Assembly: GCF_006345805.1 (NCBI RefSeq)
Contig: NC_043001.1
Span: forward strand, 1,984,001-2,048,000
Direction of reading: 5' to 3'
Origin: Octopus sinensis
Taxonomy: Eukaryota
DNA: 64,000 nt
Under the pieces are notes generated by a model. That model did no database searches. It was not told the origin of the DNA and worked only from the letters and a program-made list of their open reading frames with translations. The position numbers and the translations under genes are program-made. Position 1 is the first letter of the stretch. Each line of letters begins with the position of its first letter. This document shows, in pieces, positions 53,413 to 64,000 of this stretch.

Positions 53413-53654
53413 TAATTAGGTACCTCATGTGATTAAACAAATCAATTAGGTGTCACACGTGATTAAAGAAATCAATTAGGTGCCACATGGGATTAAACAA
53501 ATCAATTAAGTGCCACATGTGATTTAAAAAAAATCAATTAGGTGCCACATGGGATTAAACAAATCAATTGGGTGCCACATGTGATTAGAAAAACCAATTA
53601 GGTGCCACATGGGATTAAACAAATCAATTAGGTGCCACATGTGATTAAACAAAT
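53413..53654. repeat. 30-bp minisatellite x8 with 60-bp higher-order alternation
   Basis: Unit CAATTAGGTGCCACATG(T/G)GATTAAACAAAT; T and G alternate in units 2-8. Confidence 0.92.
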
Positions 53655-53724
53655 GGGAAATCATTGAAAGCTCATGATGGACAATGATTTTCCAGCAGAA
53701 GAAAATCAATATTGGTTTCAAATT

Positions 53725-53920
53725 TTGGCTCAAGGCCAGAAATATTGGGGGGGGGGGAAGTCGAATGCATCAACCCCAGTACATGACTGGTAGTTATTTT
53801 ATTGACCCTAAAAAGATGAAAGGCAAAGTCAACTGCTGGGAAAGTGAACCCAGAACTTGAAGATGAACAAAATGCTGATAACCATTTTGCCCAGCATCCT
53901 GATGAGTCTGCCATCCTAAT
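53725..53920 (-). mobile_element. SINE family A, degenerate
   Basis: GATGAAAGGCAAAGTCAAC is the reverse complement of the family A core. Confidence 0.7.
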
Positions 53921-54004
53921 GAGCCTTAACGAGACATTGATTATAATAATATACAGTCATGTATCTCTATGCATATATTTATGCATATATTTACATATTA
54001 CATT

Positions 54005-54160
54005 CTCTCTCTTTACTCTTTTACTTGTTTCCGTCATTTGGCTGCGGCCATGCTGGAGCACCGCCTTTAGTCAAGCAAATCAACCCTGGGACTTATTCTT
54101 TGTAAGCCCAGTACTTATTCTATCGGTCTCTTTTGCCGAACCGCTAAGTGACGGGGAGGT
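54005..54160 (-). mobile_element. SINE family B 3' half
   Basis: TTACTCTTTTACTTG...GCGGCCATGCTGGAGCACCGCC...CTCTTTTGCCGAACCGCTAAG. Confidence 0.88.
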
Positions 54161-55060
54161 ATATATAATAAGTAGAAAATAGAGAACAATTTTGACCAAC
54201 ATCAGTTAATTATTTTTTAATACAAAACATAACGTAACGTTTCTTTTGGCTGTTTCGGCTTCCAATGTCAGTCGGTGCCTACAAAGAAAATCCCGAAAAT
54301 AATATTCATCATCTTTATAGCACATTCAATCTAGTACATGGGGCTTCATCAGAGTGAATGCAAATACACAGAATCAAAGAAGGGAAGCGGGAAGACGACT
54401 GAACAGGGCCTCAAGATGAGGCCAGAAGGCTCACTATATTAGAATCATAACCATTTGGCCGTGTGAAGCTTAAAGTCAATAGGTAAAAGAGTAAACTAGC
54501 AAATAAAGTAGAGAAATAATTTGTGCATTATCTCTTTGTATAGGGGTGCCAGGGTGTTTGAATGATAGTGAAATTAAAACTAGTGCTGAAGTAAACAGTA
54601 ATCACCAATACGTCTAGAAAAAAATATAGTGCTAATGATTTCGTGAACAGAGCTAATTGATATCTATCCAAAAACAAGCCCGTAAAGTTTCTGATGGTGT
54701 ACTTACTGAAATATTCTAGAGACCAATCTCCTGTTGTCTGTAATGGAATTGACCAAAGTCCAGCCAACTCAACAATTGGTCAGTTATATTTAAAACCAAG
54801 GGCAAGCTAAGACCGTTACAGGGGTAGACGTAAAATGAAAGAAAAAATAAACCAGTAAATAAAAGGTGTTGTGGGAGAAGACTACGTCATAAGTGGGATG
54901 ACACTGCATATTGCCTTCTACACCATTTCAACATAAATAACAAAAATAGAAATAAGATAAATTCTAGCAACCATACGGCAATAACTTTTTGACAGTTAAG
55001 AGGAGACGACTGATAGGAGAGGTGAATACTAGTGGAATTACCTTGTGTGTGTGTATATAT

Positions 55061-55291
55061 CTGTTTCTTTATTACCCACAAGGGGCTAAACACAGAGAGG
55101 ACAAACAAGGACAGACAAACAGATTAAGTCGATTACATCGGCCCCAGTGCGTAACTGGTACTTAGTTTATTGACCCCGAAACAATGAAAGGCAAAGTCGA
55201 CCTCGGTGGAATTTGAACTCAGAATGTAACGGCAGACGACATACTGCTAAGCATTTCGCCCGGTGTGCTAACGATTCTGCCAGCTCGCCGC
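55061..55291 (-). mobile_element. SINE family A, full length
   Basis: Complete head to TAATAAAGAAA tail; used as the local reference copy. Confidence 0.93.
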
Positions 55292-55565
55292 ATCACCACC
55301 ATCTTCGTTTGACGTCTGCTTTCCATGCTGGCATGGGTTGGATGGTTTGACCAAGGACTTGCAAGCCAGGAAGCTGCAACAGGCTCCAGTCTGACTTGGC
55401 AAGATTTCTACAACTGGATGCCCTTCCTAATGCTGGCCATTCTGAGAGTGTAGTTGGTGCTCTTTACGTTTCATCAGTGTGGGAACCAGTTAAGCAGCAC
55501 TGGCATTGGCCATGCTCAAATGGTGCTTTTTACAAGCCACCAGCATGGGTGCCAGTCAAGCAGCA
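55292..55565 (-). mobile_element. RTE 3' end fragment abutting the SINE A head
   Basis: TTCCATGCTGGCATGGGTTGGATGG...GGATGCCCTTCCTAATGC. Confidence 0.85.
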
Positions 55566-55581
55566 CGGGCATATATATATA

Positions 55582-55690
<109 letters not shown>

Positions 55691-55743
55691 AAATAAATAT
55701 ATATATATATGTATATCTATATGTATATATGTGTATATATGTG

Positions 55744-55779
<36 letters not shown>

Positions 55780-56111
55780 AATGTTAGATAAGGCTAGTTT
55801 AAGGGCCTCATCTAACTTTAATATATACTGCTCTACAACCTACAGTATGCTTCTTTTTTCAGATTTATGTTTACAGACCACACACACACACATGTATATA
55901 AATATAGACAACTGCTCACACACAAAAGCAGGTAAATGAGAAAGGTAAATGAGGGGGGAATATGTTGAATAAAATCATAATTAACCGATCTTCCTGTATT
56001 TTCTTTCACCCGCAGACAAGAACTTTTCAGCACCCTGTCGTATTTGTATCTGACTGTGTTTGTATATATGTATGTATGTATAATATATCTGTATATGTAT
56101 AAATGTATCTA

Positions 56112-56325
56112 AGGTGGTGAGCTGGCAGAAACGTTAGCATGCCAGGCAAAATGCTTTGCCATATTTCGTCTGTCTTTATGTACTGAGTTCAAATTCCGCC
56201 GAGGTCGACTCTGCCTTTTCATCCTTTCAGGGTCAAAAAATTAAGTACCAGTTGCGTACTGGAGTCAATCAACTGATTTCCTCCTCCAAAATTTCGTGCC
56301 TTGTGCCTAGAGTAGAAAAGGAAAT
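56112..56325 (+). mobile_element. SINE family A
   Basis: GGTGGTGAGCTGGCAGAAACGTTAGC...GAGTTCAAATTCCGCCGAGGTCGAC. Confidence 0.88.
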
Positions 56326-57139
56326 ACATGCATATGTATAAATGCATCTGTATGTGTATATACACGTATAAATTTAGATGAAATGAAATAAGTTTCTGGC
56401 AGGTCATCCCAAACTTTAGTAGAGGGTTAATTGGGGCTAAAACATATCCAGCTGATGGCAGTTTGTTTTCCATTGAATAATTTGTTGAGATACTGTTTGT
56501 AAGTTATGAGCTTATTTTGTTTCTACGTTTGGTTTCGGATATTTTGAAATAGGGCAGGGCCAAGTGAGGCACGAATTTGTATCATTATTGTGCTGCTGCG
56601 AGACATGTAAAGTATGGTATCCTAGCTTTGAAAGGTTTCTTAAACTTGATTCTAATATCGTTTTTGCAACACTGGTTGCATATTTCCTGCAAAATACAAA
56701 ATGGATAATGTTCCTGGCAGCTTTGGGGAAAACAATTTTCAAGTATTTACAATACTGTTTTCCCCAGAAATGTAGCGTTCAATAAAGTACCATTGGATGG
56801 TGCCGATGTAGCAAATAGAAAGGCAATGGCATTTGGAAACCGAGGATTCCAAGAATTAATTCTGTGAGCTGTATCGACTTTGTTGTTGGTTTGACTCCCT
56901 CAGCAGAAGCTTCTCTCAACGAATAGCTCGAATATGAGTAAGTATATGCATACACACACATACAAATACAAGCATACGTACATACATGTGTACATACATA
57001 TACGTGCACATACATGCACATGTACACATATACATAAATAGATCTCAAATTCTTTCAAACTAATTGCATTCACAAGGTTCGAATCGAACTGAACCTACAG
57101 ACCAAACTCTTGATCAAAAAGTGTCACAAAAACGATTGA

Positions 57140-57200
57140 ATGCTGAACCTCAGGATTAAAAAGCAAACGTCTTTTACCCATTTCGCCACACGGCCTCCAC
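57140..57200 (-). pseudogene. Degenerate tRNA-Lys(TTT)-like head (SINE remnant or tRNA pseudogene)
   Basis: GGCCGTGTGGCGAAATGGGTAA...CTTTTTAATCCTGAGGTTCAGCATTCAATC resembles tRNA-Lys ACTTTTAATCTGAGGGTCCAGGGTTCAAGTC; acceptor and T stems do not close. Confidence 0.4.
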
Positions 57201-57289
57201 TTTCTCACTCTTTTCCTCTCTTTCTCTCTGCTACACATACATGTTTACATATACATGCACACAAACAAATATATACATATGCACATATA

Positions 57290-57334
<45 letters not shown>

Positions 57335-57364
57335 TTAGGGAGTATAACTTCAAACTTACATTAT

Positions 57365-57395
<31 letters not shown>

Positions 57396-58749
57396 AAGTA
57401 TATGTATGAGTATGCTTATATATGGAAGTGCATGTGTATGTTTAAAGTCTATATATTCATTCTTGTATGCGTGTGTTCATGGATGTGTGTATATATGGGA
57501 CACATACACACACACACACGCATATATATATTTCAGCGTGATCACAACTATCCTGATTCTGTTATTAAATTATTATTGCATTTGTTTTATTTATTTGCTT
57601 GTTTTTCGCCTTGCTTTATTGTGTCCATATAAATTTAGTGTTTGCCAGAACTCAACCACTTCATCAAAAGAATATTTCACAATATTATCTCATACTAATG
57701 GCTACTTTATCTTTCTCTCTCTCTCTCAACCTCTTTTTTCCCCTCCCCCCCCTCTCTCTTTTTTCCTACTCTCCCCTTCTCTCTCACCCTCTTTTGTCCC
57801 CCCATCCCCCTCTCTCTCTCTGCCTCACATCATCACCCCCAATCTTACTCTTTGCAATTTCCTCATTCCACTGAGCCCGTTCCGTGTTCTGTTTTTTCTT
57901 CTCTTTCTGACGAACACAAATCTAGTTTGATTTTAAATATTATTGAAAGAAATAATTTGTAATCGATAATTTCAGATGTTTCTGTGTTTACAATTTATAT
58001 GTGGACCATGTGAATGTGGTGTTTGTGTATGTGTGTTTACTCCTATCTTTTCATGAGTGACTGAAATTTTATGTCAAGCTCCGCGTGTCTCTCTCTCTCT
58101 CTCTATTGGCACACTTTCATAACTATGGCCATGTTTGTTGGTTTTTTGCAAATTCTGTGACGAAATGCAAAAGAAAATGTGAATGCACGCATGAACTTGT
58201 GTGTGTGCCAACCGTGTGTGTTTTTATCGATGCGTGTCTGTTTGAAAATGTGTATTCGTGTTTGTACGAATAAATTTGTGTAAATTGATGGAAACGGTTG
58301 TCTTTATTTATGCATGCTGATGTGCATTTGTTTGTTTCAATTCTGTCAAAGTATCTTTATACATTCATGACATCATCATCATCATCATCATCGTCATCAT
58401 CATCATCACAATCATCATCATCATCATCGTCATCATGGCCATGATCATCGCCATCGCCATTGTTATCATCATTATTATCACATTCGTTACCATCACTTTC
58501 TATGCCATCTTGAGTTGGGTTTCATATCAATCCACCACTCACCATGGTACACATCATCTCACACACATACATCAACAGAGAAAATGTACCAAGCATTCTT
58601 CCCATAATGCAAAACACACACATGCACACGCACTCACACATGCACATACACACACCCACACATGTACATACACACACCTACACATGCACACACGCCCACA
58701 CATGCACATACACACACGCCCACACATGCACATATATTAGTGATGCATT

Positions 58750-59016
58750 TTCAGAGATTTTATAGAAGCCTTCCCAAGATAGCAACTGCAATTGCTTGAG
58801 GACATTTGCGCTTTGCAGGGCATTGCTGGAGAAGTAAGCAGGAAGAGATGCACAAACCACGAGTGCGAGAAGCAAGTGACAGAAGAAGATGCAGTAAGGG
58901 GAAGACCGGCTCAAACATTCATTAATCAACTCTCAGAAGATACAAACATCAGGAAGGAACGTTTGCCAGGAGCAATGGAGAATCATCGACATTTGTGGAT
59001 TGTCATGAAAGTTTGA
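58750..59016 (+). mobile_element. Second RTE-clade LINE family, ORF C-terminal fragment
   Basis: YRSLPKIATAIA*GHLRFAGHCWRSKQE then, after a frameshift, RGRPAQTFINQLSEDT...AMENHRHLW. Confidence 0.75.
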
Positions 59017-59159
59017 CTGTGTTTGCAATGATGTGTGTGTGTGTGTGCGTGTGTGTGTGTGTATGTGTGTGTGTGTGTGTGTGTGCGTGTACAGTTAAAA
59101 TTCTTGCAGCCTAAATCTTTTCCCCTTCTGATGATTGGATTAGGCTGTCCATATAATTT

Positions 59160-59520
59160 ACTCCTATGCTGATAGAAGTATCTGAGACCCCCTTCAGTCA
59201 TGACTGACCATGGGATTGCACCTAGAAAGTTACCCTTCCAGGTGTAAGTCCGGGCAAGGTTGTTTATCGAAGGCCAGCAGTCGCCCATGCATACCAGTGT
59301 TCCTTCTCCACGCCACCGGTGTTATCCAAGGGAAAGGCAAAGGGGCCAATACAGCTTGGCACCTGTGATGTTGCAACTCATTTCTACAGCTGAGTGAACT
59401 GGAACAATGTGAAATAAAATGTATTGCTCAAGAACACAACATGCATCCCGGTCCGGGATTCGAACTCACAACCTCAAGATCGTAAGCTCGATGCTCTAAC
59501 CACTGAGCCATGCACCTTCA
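59160..59520 (-). mobile_element. tRNA-headed SINE family E, full length
   Basis: Minus strand GAAGGTGCATGGCTCAGTGGTTAGAGC (A box), GAGTTCGAATCCC (B box), body TGTTCTTGAGCAA...CAGTTCACTCAGCTGTAGAAATGAG. A partial copy lies at ~44730-44870 (+). Confidence 0.85.
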
Positions 59521-61743
59521 CATAGAAGCATACCATGATTTTAGATCGAGTTGTTACTTTTATATTGCTGTAATATGCATTAATACATAAAAATGGGGAA
59601 TTGTTATCCTTTGCTGAAATCCAAGACTCTCAGAGCATTAGTGTAAATGACTCCAAGATGGACCAATCTACACGTGGTTCATTTGATACTTCTGGATACA
59701 AGCCTCCCAAAAGGTCTCAACCTCTACAGTTCGTGGCCCACATCTGATGACTGTTTCAAATGTGTCTCTGAATGTTAAAAATGAAATCTATCCGCAATTA
59801 GTGATGCTTAGAGTTTGTGACTTTGCATTAAATTTCTGTTTTTATTTTGCATCACATTAACACTAGTGACACAAGATCGTGATTTTAGATAAAGTTGTTA
59901 TTTGTACATTTCTGTGATTTTTTAGATTAGAGATGGAGAATACATAGCTTTCTGAAGAGAAAAAAAAAAACCAAAAATACTTTGAGGAGGAAATCATATG
60001 AAAGCGGAATATATTTTTGTTGGTTTAATTTGGTTTAAAGACTACATTTTTGACAAATATTGAATTTTAGAAACAACCATTTATATTTTTAATCTATATT
60101 TGTAATTGCTTTCAGAAAATGCCTAATTGGACCATAAACTATCATACTCCTTCATGTGTCCTATATCCCTTTAGGGGCAACTGCGGGACTTGCCTTTTCA
60201 AGTACATTTTTCAAAAGTTAAGCATGCCTGTTAAAATAGTTTTACTTTAGAAAATTACATCTAAAAATATTTTATTAATAATTATATTTAAAAAATAAAG
60301 AGTGTTTTCAATATAAAAATATTTTGAATAAGGCTTTTTCAGTCTCTAGATTAGTTCAATATTGTCATCCGGCATAAAAGTTTCCCTTCGTCTGTTTTAT
60401 ATAATAATGATATTAATGCATTGATACCACGATTTTATATCAAGCTGTAATGTTTGAAATTTTGTAATTTTTGATAATGACGATCCTAGAGCCAATAAAA
60501 CTGTGGTTTTAGTTGAAAGTGTTACATTTATTTGCAGTGAGTTTAGATCAGAAGTGAGGAACAAACAGCTTTTTCAACGAAATACAATTTTGTTGATTTC
60601 GTTTATTTAAAATTTCCTTTTTTCAATTACTCTTAGAAACATACCCTAAAATTTTGATTAAATTTTGCTAAATGTATTTCAGTTACGATTAGTGATTATA
60701 AGGCTGTGTTCTGTGGTGACACAATATTGTTATTAAAAGTTTTTCTGTTTGTTATCAATGAATATGAATTCACAAACATTCAGAACTGGAGTGAATATTA
60801 TAGAGATATAGAGAGGATTATGAGTGTGATTAAAAGTTTAAGAAATGTTTAAATTTGTAAATCCTACTTTGCCAAGTAAGATAGGTGCTATCTATTATAT
60901 CGTACTCGTTATATCTTTGTCTTGGATATATCTTAATTACAAGTAGATAAGCCTGAGATCAATAATTACAATGGAATCAATGGAGACTGCAACTAAGGTT
61001 TTGTTTTAGTCATATCTGGATTGTCTTTATACTTACAAGAATCGAATTATATTTGTTATATTTACAAAACAAACTGTTTATATCTAAATATACTCAGTAA
61101 ATGATGTTGTATGATTGTTTTATGTAAGCCTAATGTAATTTCTCACTTAAAAAAACGGAAATTATGAATTAATTATTAAATTTAGCCAGATGTCTGCAAT
61201 CAAATTCAACATTTGATTGAAATCATTAATGATGAGTAATTGATCAGTGATGTCTTGTTATTAGTGAGTATATTACTAAGGACTAAATGAATGTGTCTAA
61301 ATATCCATTTTGTGTGGCCTCAAAATGCCTCTAAAATTTGAAAAAGTTGTAGCAGGTGTCCTGAAATATCCCCAGTATAGTTTTCTACACACACACACAT
61401 ACACACGCACACACATGCACACGCACACATGCACACATGCACACACACAGACTCACACACACATGCACATACTTATATGTGCAGAATATATACATGTACA
61501 ATATATGCCCGTATTTATATACTCACATAGGTGCCTATGTGTAAATGTGTGTGTGTGTGTGTGTGTGTGTGATGTGTGTGTGTGTGTGTTGTGTGTGTGT
61601 GTGTGTGTGTTGTGTGTGTGTTGTGTGTGTGCTTGTATGTATACATATTTATTTACTCATAAACAGATATATATACATATACAGACATATATATATATAT
61701 ATATATATAAAGTTAATATGCATTCATAAGCATATTTTATTAG

Positions 61744-61774
<31 letters not shown>

Positions 61775-62169
61775 TGTGTGTGTGTGATTCTAAATATACG
61801 TTCGCATTAGAACCCATTCAAGTGGAAATTTAAAAATTTGCTTTGCTTTTTGTTTCGCATCGTTTTTACTTTTTTGATTTATCTGATGTTGGTGTCAGAT
61901 GAAAACTGGAAGAGATTTGAAACGTAATTGAGTAGCAAAGAAGAGATAACGAGGAAGAAGATGAGGATAAATAAGGGTGGCTTTCATGGAGAGAAAGCTG
62001 GAGGAGATGATTTTGAGAGATGAGGGAGAGGAAAGTGAGAAAAAGAAATGAAAGGAAAATCTGAGTGCTAATACATGAAATATTGCATAGAAGTGATGTG
62101 TGTGTGTGTGTGTGTGTGTGTACAGGTATATATGCACACATATATATTTATTTGTATGACATATATATA

Positions 62170-62490
62170 GGTGTGGCACGTAAAAAACACCATTCGAGTG
62201 GGATCGTTACAAGCGTCACCTTACTGGCACTTGTGCCGGTGTGCAGGTGACATGTAAAGAGAAAAGAAAAGAAAGAAAACACGATTTTTTCGTGGCTGTT
62301 GCCAGTACTGCCTGACTGGACATAGTGCTGGTGGCACATAAAAGCACCCACTACACTCTCAGAGTGGTTGGCATGAGGAAGGGCAGATCAAGATTGGAGC
62401 CCAGTGCAGCCATCTGGTTTGTCAGTCCTCAGTCAAATCATCCAACCCATGCTAGCGTGGAAAGCGGACGTTAAACGACGATGATGATAT
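62170..62490 (+). mobile_element. RTE 3' UTR fragment
   Basis: CCAACCCATGCTAGCGTGGAAAGCGGACGTTAAACGACGATG. Confidence 0.85.
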
Positions 62491-62632
62491 ATATACATAT
62501 ACACATGCATACATATATATATATATACATATACGTATACATAAGTGTGTGCATGCATGTGTATATATATACATATACACACACATACATACATACACAC
62601 ACATATATATATGTATATGTTTACATATGTAA

Positions 62633-62785
62633 GCATCATCATCATCATCATCATCGTTTAGCGTCCGTTTTCCATGCTAGCATGGGTTGGACGGTTCTAC
62701 TGGGGTCTGTGAAGCCAGAAGGCTTCATCAGGCCCAGTCAAATCTGGCAGTGTTTCTACGGCTGGATGCCCTTCCTAACGCCAAG
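62633..62785 (-). mobile_element. RTE 3' end fragment, inverted relative to 62170-62490
   Basis: CATCATCGTTTAGCGTCCGTTTTCCATGCTAGCATGGGTTGGACGG. Confidence 0.9.
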
Positions 62786-62841
<56 letters not shown>

Positions 62842-63053
62842 CATCCAATAATACTATACTTGTTCCACGTCCTCATGTTGTTGTGTTTTCTCTTTCTGTT
62901 TTCATGTTTGGATTAACTATATATATACCTCGAACACACAAGTGCAAACAAGGGAGTCAGAGAAAGGCAGAATGCCACTTAAATCTGAACACTACTATAG
63001 AAATATTCTTTTAAGAAAACTTTTCTTCTAATTTTTCTAAATTTAATTATTTA

Positions 63054-63100
63054 ATCGTTACAGTTGAAAAGGTCTCAAAATGACCGAAACCGGTACTGAA
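63054..63100 (+). ncRNA. Candidate minimal type I hammerhead ribozyme, U3:A8 core variant
   Basis: CAG-UUGAAAA-GGUC-UCAAAAU-GACC-GAAAC-CG-GUA-CUG: stem I CAG/CUG, 4-bp stem II, GAAA, palindromic stem III ACCGGU, GUA cleavage triplet. Confidence 0.5.
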
Positions 63101-63154
63101 ATGTTCACTATAAAATTATTTTAGCATTTTCTATTTTTTACTTGTTTTTTCATA

Positions 63155-63225
<71 letters not shown>

Positions 63226-63264
63226 ATATGTGTGTGTATATATGTTCGTAATTATTGGTCTCAA

Positions 63265-63465
63265 ATTTTGGCCCAAAGCCAGCAAGTTTAGGGAAATGGT
63301 TAGTTGATTATAGCAACCCCAATACTCAACTGGTATACATTTTATCGAACCTGAAAGGAAGAAAGGCAAAGTCAACCTTGACAGAATTTGAACTCAGAAC
63401 ATAAAGATGGACGAAATACCACTAAGCATTTACCTCAGCATGCCAACGATTCTGCCAGCTTACCA
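63265..63465 (-). mobile_element. SINE family A
   Basis: GGCAAAGTCAACCTTGACAGAATTTGAACTCAGAA...CGATTCTGCCAGCTTACC. Confidence 0.85.
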
Positions 63466-63634
63466 TTTTCACAGTTCATAATATTGAGAACAAAAACAAA
63501 AAAAACTCCAGAAGAATGCAAATACCTTATGGCAAAGCTGACTGATGCAGCTTCAACTGTGAACTCAAATCATTTTAGGTAGAACAAAGTGGGCATATGG
63601 TGTAGTGGTTAAAAGTGACCTGAATAATAATAAT

Positions 63635-63638
63635 AATA

Positions 63639-63703
<65 letters not shown>

Positions 63704-63740
63704 GTAATAATAATAACAATAATAATAATAACAACAACAT
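63635..63740. repeat. (AAT)n microsatellite
   Basis: Directly visible. Confidence 0.95.
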
Positions 63741-63744
63741 CAAA

Positions 63745-63885
63745 AAATACTTTAAGAATGAGAACCCAGGTTCGAAATTTTCCTAAGACACTTGATGAAG
63801 GCTGGAGGGTATATCAGCTGAAACGTGTTAACAACAGACAAGATGAGGACAAATATTCGTCAGATGTAAATATAATGTAGATATG
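63745..63885 (+). mobile_element. Penelope-type terminal sequence with decayed hammerhead-like core
   Basis: GACAC-TTGATGA-A-GGCTG-GAGGGTATAT-CAGCT-GAAAC-GTGTT directly downstream of (AAT)n. Confidence 0.45.
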
Positions 63886-64000
63886 TAGATAGAATACCTT
63901 TCAATATAATAAACATACCGATTTTAATTTTATAAAGACAATGTTAACAGTTACTTTGAAGTTTTGGTTATGTGGCTTTCATCAGACAGTTTTATGAAAG

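Noticed and set aside
51684-53654. CRISPR-like arrays (43-bp and 30-bp repeats)
   Set aside because: No unique spacers, no cas genes, eukaryotic context.
54250-54352. Minus-strand CUGAUGA...GCCGAAAC as a hammerhead
   Set aside because: About 85 nt between the motifs, no stem II adjacent to the core, no NUH site after GAAAC.
56724-56766. TGGGGAAAACA / TGTTTTCCCCA inverted repeat as a pre-miRNA
   Set aside because: Only 11-14 bp of stem with a 21-nt poorly paired loop; too short for a canonical precursor.
59440-59520. Functional tRNA genes at SINE heads (also 40230-40297 and 34780-34860)
   Set aside because: A and B boxes are present but each continues into a SINE body, and acceptor stems do not close.

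Overview
AT-rich eukaryotic DNA, dominated by microsatellites and transposon debris. It is most likely an octopus/coleoid intergenic region or large intron; this is inferred from the repeat families and microsatellite load, not shown. No intact protein-coding gene is supported, and nearly all listed ORFs are translations of simple repeats. Recognisable content: at least four tRNA-headed SINE families (here called A, B, D, E), about 18 fragments of one RTE LINE including a 5'-truncated copy with a PHD-like finger inside its RT, and fragments of R4-like, Hero-like, Penelope-like, Gypsy, mariner, DD41D-like, Merlin-like and Helitron elements. There is also a ~1.29 kb tandem duplication and several minisatellites. 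Best observation: a full-length U6 snRNA copy fused head-to-tail to a SINE (11832-12145, minus), with one 11-13 bp target-site duplication around both parts, i.e. a U6-SINE chimera inserted in one retrotransposition event. Second: a minimal hammerhead-ribozyme-like motif with a compensatory U3:A8 core (~63054-63100). All translations and alignments were done by eye; family names come from recalled motifs, not database searches, and coordinates of degenerate elements are approximate.
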